Source of the DNA: Octopus sinensis
Lineage: Eukaryota
Direction of reading: 5' to 3'
NCBI RefSeq assembly: GCF_006345805.1
Contig: NC_043000.1
Coordinates: 153,636,001-153,700,000 of the forward strand
DNA: 64,000 bases
A program made the translations under genes and the position numbers. How positions within the stretch are numbered: position 1 is the first letter of the stretch; each line of letters opens with the position of its first letter. Below are positions 1 to 14,262 of this stretch, piece after piece. Under the pieces are notes generated by a model. That model saw nothing but the letters and a program-made list of their open reading frames with translations, was not told the origin of the DNA and did not search any database.

Positions 1-330
1 AGCTGAAACTAGAATCAATCAATCAATCAATCAATAGTGATTAAAAGAAGTTAAAGAAGAGAACGAAGAGGCTGAATTATCAATGCACAATCGTAGGCCA
101 TTTTATGAGAAAGCCAAATTTTGTGTTTTCAGTTTCTTCCTCTACTCTTGCCACAAATGTTACAAATCAACAGGAGAAAGTCATGCGTAGGATGTTTTAG
201 CTGAGAACCAGAGGTGACCATTATAAACCAATATGGATGGAAGAAATGAGAAAAAAGTAAAAAGAAAAAAAACAACCTACTTGAGAAATAATAAAAGGGA
301 ATAAAAAAAATGGCTTCTTTATTGAAAATC

Positions 331-472
331 AGGAGTGGCTGTGTGGTAAGTAGCCTCCTTACCAACCACATGGTTCCGGGTTCAATCTCACTGCGTGGCA
401 CGTTGGGCAAGTGTCTTCTACTATAGCCTCGGGCCGACCAAAGCCTTGTAAGTGGATTTGTTAGACGTCGTA

Positions 473-503
<31 letters not shown>

Positions 504-508
504 TAATA

Positions 509-539
<31 letters not shown>

Positions 540-750
540 TTGTGTGTGTGTGTGTTTGTGTGTGTGTTTGTGTGTCTGTATTTTTCCCCCAGTCATCGCT
601 TGGCAACCGATGCTGGTGTGTTTAATTCCCTGTACCTTAGCGGTTGGGCAAAACAGACCGATAGAATAAGTACTAGGCTTACAAAGAATAATTCCTGGGG
701 TCGATTTGCTTGACTAAAATGACTGAAACAAGTAAAAGAGTAAAAGAGTA
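331..750 (+). mobile_element. SINE-A, tRNA-derived SINE with internal (TA)n(TG)n tract, near full length
   Basis: A-box-like TGGCTGTGTGG and B-box-like GGTTCAATC head, CCTTGGGCAAG-type core, internal microsatellite, GACTGAAACAAG(TAAAAGAG)n tail; about 15 similar copies in the window. Confidence 0.9.
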
Positions 751-955
751 AACTACTACACCAAGGAAAAATCCTTTCAGTTAACGGAGGCCGAATTATG
801 TCTACAGTTTTGATGTGCAACTCAAGCTTGAAATAACTCCAACTTTGCATAAAATAACCTTCAGTATACATCCTTGACTAATCGTTCGTATTATTAGTTT
901 ATTGGCAGCTTCTATCAATACGTGACATCGACCAATATTTCTGTCATATATACAG

Positions 956-1279
956 GAGCATTCCGTCGGTTACGACGACGAGGGTCCCAGCTGATACGAT
1001 CAACGGAACTGCTTGTTCGTGGAATTAACGTGCAAGTGGCTGAGAACTCCACAGACACGTGTACCTCTAACGTAGTTCTCAGGGAGATTCAGCGTGACAC
1101 AGAGTGTGACAAGGCCGGCCGTTTGAAATACAGGTACAACTCATTTTTGCCAGCTGAGTGGACTGGAGCAACGTGAAATAAAGTGTCTTGCTCAAGGACA
1201 CAACGCGTCGCCGGGAATTGAACTCACGACCTTACAAACGTCAGCCGAATGCCCTAACCACTAAGCCACACACCTTCAC
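956..1279 (-). mobile_element. SINE-D, tRNA-derived SINE, full length
   Basis: Minus strand has TGGCTTAGTGG A-box, GAGTTCAATTCC B-box and TTGTGTCCTTGAGCAAGACAC core; homologous to 11704-11950, and its 3' tail is shared with 57406-57590. Confidence 0.8.
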
Positions 1280-2079
1280 ATTATTTCTGTCATATCTTAC
1301 TTCTGATAAAAAAAAAAAAAAAATGCTAAATGTAGATTTTAGTACACCTAACTGTCAATGGAATTGCTGTTAAATTAATGTCAAAATCTGAAGTAACATC
1401 ATTAGTATTAAGATTGATTAGGATAGTTTCTTTCCAAAACTTCAAATCTAACATCTAAATAACTAACTTTATTCAGATTTGTATTTTTTCTCATTGCATC
1501 TAAATACTTAGGATAAATTTCATATTGTTAATACTTGGAGAAAAACGTATAATTAATACTCTAAATCTCTCGTATGTATCTGGAACAACCACTAAGCAGC
1601 CTAATTAAGCGTATCATTATCCGTATCTATAAATCATTAAGAAAGTAAATTGTCACGATGTCAAGTACAAGCCAGCTAACGAAGGCTACGATTACCTCCC
1701 GTAGGAATACATGCATGTTGCCTGCTTATATGTCTTACACGTAAACAAATTGTTCACATTTTCGGCAATAAATCTTATGAGCTTTAATAATTTATCTTTC
1801 TCAAATTTCTACAGTCATTATAATATATTAGCAGAAAGTCATGAACAAAATAATATTGATATTGTTATGTTAATTGCGTGTATCTGTGGGTATCTGTGTA
1901 CGCGCATGTATGTGTACGTTTTTGTGCGTATGCGGGTTTCGACACTACTTCAGGTTTCCTGCAAGCAAATTTTGTAATTTTTAAGTGTTTCACTTATGAA
2001 ACTTATAAAGTAATTGTAATCCGCCTCCATTTTGGGTTTGGTAGCCAAATCCTACCACACACACACACATAAACAACTT

Positions 2080-2114
<35 letters not shown>

Positions 2115-2462
2115 TATATATACATTAATATATATATATATATATATAATATATATATTATATGTCCCAATGTTCATACTACAGAAAAAATTCAAATATA
2201 AAGAGAAGCAACCCTAGGAATATAAACAATATCGTACACACATACACAAGGTATGTGTATTACCAGCTTATGACTAGGTTGCGATTTATAGGCATGAGAG
2301 AAATAGCGAGCGACTTGGTATGAAACGTTGGGATATACCATCACATGGTCCTCACACCATTTTGCATATCGTCATGGCAAGCGATTTGGTTTAGTCTGGC
2401 CTCGTTTTGGGTACGTGGTATTGATAAATCACAAAGATGACGAAACTTTATATAAATATATA

Positions 2463-2501
<39 letters not shown>

Positions 2502-2583
2502 ATATATAGACACACACATATACACACACACACACACATATATTTATATATACATATTATACATATATATATATATACACACG

Positions 2584-2627
<44 letters not shown>

Positions 2628-2628
<1 letters not shown>

Positions 2629-3142
2629 CTTTGGAAAAAAGTCCGAATCAACTTCTAATTGTTCTTTCAGTTCACGATCCGCATTCAATCGTGACTACTT
2701 TTGATCTTACAAATTTTTCTGCAACTCTTTTCATCCAAAATTCCTCGCACAAAATTCGTTAGCAGGAGCTCCAGGACACACCAGTCATATAAGCAAGTTC
2801 GGAGGGTATTCTCAAAGTATTCTTCAAGAATTTTCGTGATGTTTTCATCCATTTGGTAAGCCGATGGTGACCTTCAATGAGGTTGGTCTTCAAGCAGTAA
2901 GTGACCATTTTTGGAGCGTGAAAACCACTTGTAAACTTGTGTTTTGCTCCTTGAAGCGTCCTGGTAAACTGTATGAAGCATGACAACTGTTTCAGCCGCC
3001 ATTTCCCCCAGCAGAAAACAGAATTTCATGGAAACACACTATTCCTTCCCAAGGTAACATCAAGTGCTTCTAGCGGCGAAAGCCTGAACTACTACGGGCT
3101 TGTCCAACAAAGAACCTTCCGGTTACTTTTAGGTCCCACTTG

Positions 3143-3144
<2 letters not shown>
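2628..3144 (-). mobile_element. Mariner transposon 5' remnant (TIR plus N-terminal HTH region of the transposase, disrupted)
   Basis: Minus frame reads [50 protein letters not shown] ... ELAYMTGVSWSSC*RILCEEFWMKRVAEKFV; the end TACAAGTGGGACCTAAAAGTAACCGGAA abuts TA repeats. Confidence 0.85.
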
Positions 3145-3173
<29 letters not shown>

Positions 3174-3180
3174 CTATATA

Positions 3181-3246
<66 letters not shown>

Positions 3247-3300
3247 TGTATGCATACACACGCATATGTAGGTATGTATATATACATATATATATGTGGG

Positions 3301-3536
3301 GTGTGTGTGTGTGTGTGTGTGTTGTGTCCTGTCCGTCTGTGTTTGTCACCCCACCATCACTTGACAACTGGTGGTGATGTTTTTATGTTCCCGTAACTCA
3401 GCGGTTCGTCAGAAGCGACCGATAGTTTAAAAGTACTAGGCTTACAAAAAATAAGTCTTGCTGTCGATTGTACGACTAAATGCGGTGTTCCAGCATGGCC
3501 GCAGTCAAATGACTGAAACATAAAAAATAAAAGAAT
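3301..3536 (+). mobile_element. SINE-A, diverged 3' half
   Basis: Matches the SINE-A 3' body and the CAGCATGGCCGCAGTCAAATGACTGAAAC tail. Confidence 0.8.
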
Positions 3537-5073
3537 ATATATACATATATATATATATAATATATATATATATCTATATATATATCACACACACACATAC
3601 ACACACACGAACACATATATCCATATATATTTGAAACAAAAACACATTAACACATCTCCTACTCAATGAAGAACTGGGTACGTAAAGAAGAGTTAAATAT
3701 TCATCTATACAAAGTTCGTAGTGAGTTTGAAGTTTTATCAAATCCGACTTTTCAGACTTCAGTGGGAGGATAGAAAGTTTTCATGAATAAACATTTATAG
3801 GACTTTGATCTTCTGGTTTCTCAATAAAGAAGTTTTTATATGAAACTTAGGAAATACTAATACACTAAAAACGTCTTTACGTGAAAATTAGGAAATGCAA
3901 TTCTAACAATTATTTTGATCACCGGGCTGGCTTCAATATCTGTTTTCGATCTTAGATATCTTGCAAACAACCTGCACATGCAAGTGCTACCAGTTAAAAG
4001 CTCCGTATCTCGGAAGCTAGCAAGTGTATGGGGTCATCAGGAGAGAATGCGCGCGTTTCGGGGCCCTACCTCTCGACGGCATCAATGCGCACCGGCCCCC
4101 CTCACTGATATGAGGCCCCTTGCTAGATCAGCTGGTTATGAAGAACTCAATATACTTCTAGCCATCGCTCATCGTCCTTTTAACCAAATCCAGTGGCTAG
4201 CCTTCTCCACTGTAGATTGGATATCAGTCATGGTGGTATTGACTTTACGATGAGTTAGGCCTAACGATAACATCTCCTACTCAATGACTTGGGTTTGAAA
4301 GTTAATAAAATTGTCATAGCCACATTTTTCAATGCTGTTCACTTCCTCTATTACTCAAAACTGATGTCTGCATCAAGACACTTTTTGGTTTTCATCAAGA
4401 ACTGTGAGTACCTTTCCGATTGTACAGTTTGCTTTTGTATGATGACAATATTTCATAAAAGTTTATTGATAACCTACTCATTACTAGTTAATTGACCATG
4501 GAAGCCAATTTGGAAATTCGAATATGCTTGCACAATTCATTAATCTTGATTGATATGGATAGTTGAAGTCAAGACTGTGCAATACTTGCTAATTTTCTAA
4601 TTTCCCTAACTCTTTGCTCAAGTATCTCAAGTTCTTTCTAAGTTACCTAATGCTATAGGAATATAGTTTGTGACATCTCGAGCATAGTTCCTCGTCGGAA
4701 AGAGGAAAGACGTAAAAGTCCGGAGAGAGGGAAAAGAATAGACCGTGAAAAGATGTGTGTTGTTACATAGCTGAAAAATAACCCTATGTGTGTGTGTATA
4801 CACACATACATGCACGACCACACCCCACGCACATACACACACACACCACACACACACCCACACACACACACACACACAACACACACACACACACACATCA
4901 CACACACACACATATATATATTATAGATTATATAAGTTAACATTAAGGATATCTCTAATAGGGATCTAAATCTTAAATGATTTATAAACTTCCATGTGCT
5001 TGGCCGGAGTGATCAGTTGTCTGTTCGTCTTCGCTACGTAAGTTGGTAGTTTTATTTATGATTTTTCATAATC

Positions 5074-5131
5074 AGTTCTGCTGATGATCATAAGACGTAA
5101 GTTGAATGTGAAATCACGGTGATACAGAACT
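5074..5131 (+). ncRNA. Minimal type I hammerhead ribozyme motif
   Basis: AGUUCUG CUGAUGA UCAU-loop-AUGU GAA AUCACGGUGAU A CAGAACU: 7-bp stem I, canonical core, near-palindromic stem III, AUA triplet; stem II is atypical (U.U at its base). Confidence 0.75.
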
Positions 5132-5539
5132 ATTCATTTTTTAAATGTCTTGCTTTGAAAATACTGCATTTGGTATGATAGTATAATTTTGGTAGTAATG
5201 ACTTTGTCCCTCTAGTGTGAGGCATTTATGTTAATAATGCCCTCTATACAATATAGATATAATTATTTGTTCAAAAGAAAAAAATTTATTTTCGAATTCT
5301 TTTCTTTAATGAGGGTTTCACGCAACTACTCCCGATAATTTCTGTAAGATCCCTTATAAGAGATTATCCTTAATTGTTAACTTATTCCGAATCTTTTCAT
5401 ACCCGACATGCAGTTCGTAAAAAGCCGCCCTTTACCGGATATATGATTTTTAAACATTCCATGTGCTTGGCCGGATGAGCAGTTGTCTGTCGTCCCTCGC
5501 TACGTAAGGTTGGTAGGTTTATTTATGATGTTTCGAATC

Positions 5540-5594
5540 AGTTCTGCTGAGGATCATAAACGTAAGTTGAATGTGAATCACGGTGATACAAACT
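5540..5594 (+). ncRNA. Second copy of the 5074 hammerhead motif with two 1-nt deletions
   Basis: AGUUCUG CUGAGGA ... GAA UCACGGUGAU A CAAACU; lacks one A of GAAA and one G of stem I. Confidence 0.55.
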
Positions 5595-5715
5595 AAATTC
5601 ATTTTTTTAAAATGTCTTGCTTTTGAAAACTGCATTTGGTATGATTAGTAGAATTTTGGTAGTATGACTTTGTCCCTCTTAGTGTGAGGCATTTATGTGT
5701 AATAATGCCCTCTAT

Positions 5716-5758
<43 letters not shown>

Positions 5759-6188
5759 CTTTATTGAAATAATATGTTTCCCCAAATTAAGCATATTTAT
5801 AGAATCTGACACACATATATACATACAATTCGCCAACATATATACTCTCACTGACACACAAATATTTTACCTAAGCATTGCCATAAACACTACTAAACAT
5901 TCACATATAAACATATATATTGACCCTTACACTAAAAATACAATAAGTGTCTTCAATTGGGATTAATGGGTTTATCTTTTGATATCTCGTATCTCTAAAG
6001 TCTAGAAAGTGTTTTTTCTTTTCTGAAAGACATTGTAGATTTTTTTTTAGACTTCAGGGAGACTACAATTATGAAATATTGCAGTATAGAATGTGTCACC
6101 CTCTTGAACGCGGACCCCGACTTCGGTGCGGGCCCGATTGGGAGTAATCGGTCCAATCGGCTTAAGGCCGGCTCCTTGTATATATATA

Positions 6189-7782
6189 TCTATATATATG
6201 AAACTGAGAATGTATGTCTGTCTGTCTGTCTGTTTCCCTAAAACTTGAGAACTACATAACCAATTTCATTCAAATTTTACACATGCCTTACTTAGGGTCC
6301 GGGGAGTGTCATCGGCAAAATTTCTTTTAACTTTTTGCCTAGAGCGAGCCCACAGCAATATCCTATCTTCTCCACTACGATTCCCTAAAACTTAAGGACT
6401 ACACAACCAATTTCATTCAAATTTTACACATGCCTTACTTGGGGTCCATGTAGTTTCATGGGCAAAAGAAAATAGTCAACTTCTTGCCTAGGGCGAGCCC
6501 ATATCAATATCATATCTTTTCTACTATTTCAGTATTACGTGTTAAAAGTGAAACAAAAACATTTCTCTATTTTATGTCAGATACTTTCACTTTAACAATA
6601 AAAATTAGAGATAATAATAACAATTGAATTATATGTAGTAATAATTAAAATCAAACTAAAGTATAATATAATCGTAACATAACAAAAGTAAAAATAGCAG
6701 TTGGTATAAAATTGCATCAATGACTTGAACTTGATTGAATAAGTGGTTTCCATCAAGAATGGGAATAAATTAAAAATAAATTAGCGTGCAGAAATGGAAT
6801 AGTCCTGATGGACTATTATACATAAAGGACTATAGCTTCAACTGCGTACTGCTTTTGATTCACCGTAAGGTTTGTTGTTATTATTATTACTGTTTAACTA
6901 TTGTTATCACGTTGGTTGGTTCCTCGTCAGGGAAACGTTGTTGAGTTGCATTTGTTAAATAATTGTAACTGTAAACCTCCCCTTTGGGAGAAGGAGCTTG
7001 GTTATTGTTAAAAATTGAATTGTGTCCTGTTTGGGAAAATTGACAATATTTTCACCGTTTACACCAGGAAGCATTTTTGTTAGAATGCCTTCGAAAGAAG
7101 AAAGTCCAAAAATGAATTTCGCTGCAGCCGTCGGCGGGCTCGAACTCATTAAATTAAAATGGAAGAAATACAAACCTATTTCGGATTGATCACCGACAAA
7201 GACGGTGAATCTAGGATAACACCACCAAACGAAATAAAAAATTAAATTAAAGTAAAGACTATTGTCTATAAAGTATACAATGTAGAAAAAAAACACCTGG
7301 AGGAAAGCACCTTCGAAAAGTGTCTTGGTGCGACTATGAAAGATATCTAACAAGAGGCGGTAAATTCGCCACAATAGAAGCAAAGTTCGAGTCAACGGAG
7401 CGTACAAGGGAGTACTCGACTCGAACCTTGCAAAGTGGAAATATTTTATATTTTCACCTTTATATCTGGGACGTAGGACGTCCCGGATAAAAATTTAAAA
7501 TGTCCACCCAGAAGTAGAGGTAGGCTGGATTGTAGCCACACTTCTATACAAGAGGGAGGACAGATACAATTGATCGAAATTGCAAGAACAGGCCACTACA
7601 TTCCAGTCTGTTATATATTTTGAGTATTGTTATCACTAGCGATATCAAGATATAACTTTGTAATTTGTATTTTATGTGTAGATGTATATATATATATATA
7701 GAGTACATGTGATATGTACATATATATACACATACATACATGCCCTAGCACTATCACCCGGCACGATGGGTCCTCATGCTAG
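6189..7782 (+). mobile_element. Candidate non-autonomous Helitron-like element
   Basis: 5' a|TCTATATATATG followed by (GTCT)n and a duplicated core (6240 and 6387); 3' hairpin ACCCGGCACGATGGGT then CTAG|t at 7779-7782. That both ends belong to one element is inference. Confidence 0.45.
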
Positions 7783-8312
7783 TATATATATAAAATCATA
7801 AAAATAAAATCAATATATATGTATATAGTATATATATATATATAGTATATATATATCTACTATATACTATATATATCTATATATATATATGATTTTGTAG
7901 AAAATGAAGTTCGAAAATGCTGCTGTATTATACATTTTTAATTTTTATATATACATTATAACATGTTTTCAGTTCCTGAATGAACTTATCAAAAAAAGTT
8001 ATATATAAAAAAGACAGCTCATGCCGTCAAACACAAGAAATTCATTTATAATACACAACGGAGGCAACTCTTAGAGTTCATGTATAGTTGATATATAGTT
8101 TGAAGTAAGTTTATTCATGCTATATGTTCAAAGTGTTCGATGCAGTGGCCACGGTGGCGATATACGTATCAATACAAAAAACGATCAAAGTGGTGGAAGC
8201 GGTCAATACAGAAGATTGATGTTCCGAAAGAGCGAGGAATCATTTTTACCTTAAGCAATTGTGATGACCCATGGGGATGTTCGCTGGGTGGTTCTGTATA
8301 TATATGTGTATG

Positions 8313-8345
<33 letters not shown>

Positions 8346-8573
8346 ATATATTATATACATACATATATATACATTGATTTTATTTTTATTTAATCTTGCG
8401 CGAATCGTTTCCATTTTACCTCCGCTGATAATTTTCTTTTCTGTTTCGTGTGTGTGGTGTGTGAGAGAGAGAGAGAGAGAGACAGAGAGAGTGTATGTGT
8501 GTGTGCGTTGGTGTGCGCGTTTGGGTGTGTGTGTGTGTGAGTGTGCGTGTGTGTGTATGTGTGTATGTGTGTG

Positions 8574-8800
8574 TGAGGGCAAATGGCTTAGTGGTTAAGA
8601 TGTTTCACACGAGATCGTGCTTTCAATTCCTGAAACGGGTGGTGCGTTGTATCTTGGAACAAAACACCTCATCTCACATTACTCTGTGATCACTTTAGAC
8701 ACCTGACGTGTAGGACGCCGTGTACCTGATCAGGTAACGTTGATTTGATGGAGAGAGTGAGCTAATTGCACAGCACAAATATTTGATCACTATAAACAAA
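8574..8800 (+). mobile_element. Diverged tRNA-derived SINE (SINE-D-related head)
   Basis: TGGCTTAGTGG A-box, TTCAATTCC B-box remnant, GCGTTGTATCTTGGAACAAAACAC core remnant. Confidence 0.6.
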
Positions 8801-8914
8801 CGATTTTGTGCAAGCGTTTCTGCATGAAATTACAGACCCGTCTTTTACGGATTACGAGAGACTTCCGTCATATATAACACAGAATTCGAATACAAATATT
8901 TATTGAAATGAGAC

Positions 8915-9303
8915 TTACTCTTTTACTCTTTTACTTGTTTCAGTCATTTGACTGCGCCATGCTGGAGCACCGCTTTAGTCGAGCAAATCGACCCGGGACT
9001 TATTCTTTGTAAGCCCAGTATTATTCTATCGGTCTCTTTTGCCGAACCGCTAAGTGACGGGGACGTAAACACACAGCCAGCATCGTTGTCAAGCAATGCT
9101 AGGGGAACAACACAGACACACAACACACACCACACATACACTATATCATACATATATACGACAGACTTCTTTCAGTTCCGTCTACCAAATCCACTCACAA
9201 GGCATTGGTCGGCCCGGGGCTATAGCAGAAGACACTTGCCCAAGATGCCACGCAGTGGGACTGAACCCGTAACCATGTGGTTGGTAAGCAAGCTACTTAC
9301 CAC
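8915..9303 (-). mobile_element. SINE-A, slightly 5' truncated
   Basis: Reverse complement of the SINE-A consensus. Confidence 0.9.
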
Positions 9304-9969
9304 AAAATTTTTTTTGTAAAAGATATTTTGTAAAAGAAAATATTTCCCAGCTTGAAGAAAACTGATTATTTACAGCTTTAAAAACTAAGATTAAATTTAT
9401 ATTATTTTAAAATGCAAACAAATATTTTGATAAAATAACTCAACTTAAGTGTTGTGCCATATTTTCTTCGTTTACCTTAATATTTTCCACCAAGTACATT
9501 CATTTCCAAATACGGTGCCTTGTTTTTGCTACAGAATTTCTAAACTCGTTATAAAATTCTCTCTACTTATGGATAAAACTTTTGCATAAATATTTTTTTC
9601 ATACAATTTTCACCATGTATGATACACCGCACCAATAATTACCAACAATATATCGCTCCATGTATCAATTACCACTACTTTACCTATATTTGATACCTAC
9701 TAATGTTTGTATATAAACATTTACTATCCTCCCACTGCAGTCTAAAATGTCGGTTTTGGTAAAACTTCAAACGCACTACAAACTTTATAGAGATAAGTAC
9801 TTAACTCTTCTTTAGGTACCCAGTTCTTTATTTTGTTAATAACGAACACAATACAAGGGGTTAATGTCTTTGTTTCATTCATATACATATACAAATACAT
9901 ACATATCCATATATATATTTGTGTCGTCTTCTAAATGTTTCACGTTCTTGTCCCAGTTTGTATTTTTTT

Positions 9970-11008
<1,039 letters not shown>

Positions 11009-11521
11009 TATGTATTGTGTATGAATGTGTATGTGTATGTGCATGTAGAGGAGTAAAAATTCTGAGGGCCAGAACAGGGTTAATTATGTAGAGAAGGAGG
11101 TTGCTATTGTCAGATAGCGTCGCTTTGTTCGTCTGCTCTCAATAGATATTACTACATTCCAGACGTGACACAAGCAAGACACCAATTCCTGTTATGTGAT
11201 TCTCTACTATTCAGACCCAAACCCCTCTTCCAGCATTTTGTTTTTTTTTCTTTTTTTGGCTCCATGCCCCTTTACATTCTCACCCTCTCAACGTTATGTT
11301 CTCTATTAGTCTTACCATCCCCTCACCATTCGATTTCTCTCCTCTCTCTCCACTCATATTTTTTATATGTGTGCGTGTGTGTGTGTGTGTGTGAGTGTGT
11401 GTGGGTGGTATGTGTATTATACACATACATTTTTACAGACATACACTGGTATCACATTCCTCGCCACACATCTACGGCAATCTGCATATTATTATATAAT
11501 ATTATATATTGCATAATATAT

Positions 11522-11567
<46 letters not shown>

Positions 11568-11593
11568 TTTATATCTATATATATTATATATAT

Positions 11594-11627
<34 letters not shown>

Positions 11628-11636
11628 TCTTAATAT

Positions 11637-11667
<31 letters not shown>

Positions 11668-11703
11668 ATATATATATATATATATAACAACATATATATA
11701 TAT

Positions 11704-11950
11704 GGTGAGGGTGCGTGTTAGTGGTGGGATTCGGCTCATGTCGTAAGTGTTGTGAGTTCGATACCGGCGACGCGTTGTGTCCTTGAGCAAACACTGGTAT
11801 TTCACGTTCACTCCCACACCACTCACTGGCAAAAATGAGTTGTACTATATTTCAAAGGTCAGCCTTGTCACTCTCTGTGTCATATTATCCCCGAGAATAC
11901 GTTAAGGGTACATTGTCTGTGGAATGCTCAGCCATTTACGTAATTTCACG
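11704..11950 (+). mobile_element. SINE-D, degraded copy
   Basis: GAGTTCGATACC B-box and TTGTGTCCTTGAGCAAACAC core; homologous to the reverse complement of 956-1279. Confidence 0.7.
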
Positions 11951-13669
11951 ATATGTATGTATATCGTATAGACCCTATTCGTCGAACCGGCGGAGTCTTT
12001 TTTAATATATATATATGTATATATAAAATAATAAATATTAGGGAATAAATCCAAATTTACAGGGAAAAAATCAGATTTAGGATTAAATCCAATTTTATAG
12101 TAAAATATTATATAATATTATTAGAGACAAAACCACTATTTTGCAAACAAACAAGGAAATATATATATACGTATATATATATACGTACATCATATTCATA
12201 CATATATTTAAAGCCACAAGGCTACTGCTTTGCCAGGGATATCGACTTCATTGGTCTCACCCACCGAGCGTTTCTGTTGTGCGTAACCCGCCGATCACTT
12301 GAGTTTGCAAGGAAAACGCATATATATGTGTATATATATAGCCACGATCACACACAGAATTGGCGAAAGAGATAAAAACTCATATACATAAAGTCATGTA
12401 TGCATAGTAAACTTATATTACCGGTATACACGCATCGTAGGGGCACACACAAGGACATACATACATACTTTCTAGATATACATGTATGAATGTATATGTA
12501 TATATAGACGAACATATATATACTCACATGTATATAAAATGTATGAATGAATGTCTATGTAAGTATGTGATTATATTTTGTATCTTAGTATATTAGAAGT
12601 ATGCGTTTATACTTTTTTGCTGTTATATCTTTAAAAATAGATCTGTAGATATTAATTATGCGTTAGGTAAGACAACTATATTTGTACAAGAGATAATTTT
12701 AAGAGCCTCTCTCAGATAATATCCTTCCATAGCTTTTTTTTATGTATATACTTAAACGTAACCACGCAAGTCTACCACACATGCACATAGTTAAATGGTT
12801 TGGAGTAATAATAATGTCATTTCTCTTTTTGCAGAATAGTGTCACTTGCCTTTATGGAAAACAAAAAATGAGTCAAGCCGTTTCGTTCGACCCCAGTCGT
12901 CTCTTTTGATTTCCTACATAAGCACAAGGAATCAATTTTGCATAGACTTTAGCTATTTTAATGTACTTGGCTAGAACTTTATTTGCCAATGTTAAGAAGA
13001 AATATAACTTGACTTCGGCAGAATTCGAACTCAGCACTTAATAGACGCTGACTAAATCTATATATTTTATTCGACGCTCAGATAATTCCGCTAATCCATT
13101 GTTTTGAAGAAATGTTTAACGTAGGTACAAGAATATTAATTTGGAGGAAAGTTTAGTCGATTAAGTTAACCCAAGTACTTGACTGGTACTTGACCTCAAC
13201 TGGATTTGAACTTAGAACGTAAAGAGCCGTAACTAAATAGTTCTAACAACGATTCCGCTAATCCACCGCCCTTTAGAGTGAGTACTTATTTCTTCGACTT
13301 TCTGTGGCATTTGAGATAACGAATATCACAAACTTCATCTTAAAACCCCCTGTAAATTGGAGTGCTTATAGCTAAGCTGATACAGAATCAACACGAGGAT
13401 TAAGATATGAACGGTGAAGTGATGCAGCATTGAAGCTGTTATTAAATTAAAGAGAACGAAATTGAGAATGAGAAAAACTAGAAGCTTCTTTGTGGTTGTT
13501 GAAATTAACAGAAACTTCGACCAAATTACCACACAAATTCTTTCAAAATGTGAAGGGCTCTTTGAGTAATGTAACAATAGATATGTTGGGAAAAGTAGGA
13601 TAGTCTGGTGGAACACCTATCGTTATTGTTCTGCTCGACTAAATATAAACTATTCTCAGACTAAAGAAA

Positions 13670-13702
<33 letters not shown>

Positions 13703-13704
13703 AA

Positions 13705-14262
13705 TTAACAGCGGACCTTGAAGCAATCCAGAGAAGATTCACAAAGAAGATCGTCTCTTTGTAACAGCTCAGCTACTGGGAAAGGTTGAAACAGCTAAGA
13801 CTCTACTCCCTGGAGAGAAGACGGGAGAGGTATGCAGTAATATATGTCTGGAAGATCCTGGAAGGAATTGTGCCAAATTTTGGTATTGTAAGCTACACCA
13901 AGGCTAGAACGGGACGACACTGCATAGTGCCAAAGATCCCAGCAATGCCATCACGCTTCAGGACCAGCTTCTGCAACAGCCTGGGTTTCAAGGGCCCACA
14001 GCTTTTTAATATTCTCCCAAAGAGTCTGAGGAACTTGCACAAAGTAGATGTAGCGGTTTTTAAATCAAAGCTGGACATCTTCCTGTCAAGAGTCCCAGAT
14101 GAACCTACCTACAGCAAGAGGTGCAAATGAGAGTAGCTGTATCAAACTCCATTCTTCACCAAGTGCCACATATTAGACGAGGTTCGTCGTAATAACAGTG
14201 TAGCACAAAACAGCGGTGCATCAGCATGGCCGCAGCTCTGAGCTGAAACTAGAAAAAAAAAA
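13705..14262 (+). mobile_element. CR1/L2-group LINE 3' end (ORF2 C-terminus and 3' tail)
   Basis: LTADLEAIQRRFTKKI..SYWERLKQLRLYSLERRRERYAVIYVWKILEG..RHC..SLGFKGPQLFNILP..LRN..FKSKLD.FL..VPDEP; tail CAGCATGGCCGCAGCTCTGAGCTGAAACTAG then an A-rich run. Confidence 0.85.

Larger units (their letters stand above)
4938..5725 (+). mobile_element. PLE-pLTR/retrozyme-like unit: about 285-bp direct repeat (period 466) carrying a hammerhead motif, with a short inverted copy at the 5' end
   Basis: 4975-5260 is repeated at 5441-5725; 4938-4967 is the reverse complement of about 5327-5359; each repeat carries an HHR fold. Confidence 0.65.

Noticed and set aside
3652-4287. 18-bp direct repeat ACATCTCCTACTCAATGA as the TSD of a single 600-bp insertion
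   Set aside because: The enclosed DNA appears composite (3670-3780 is homologous to a separate repeat at 9720-9828), so a single-element interpretation is not supportable.
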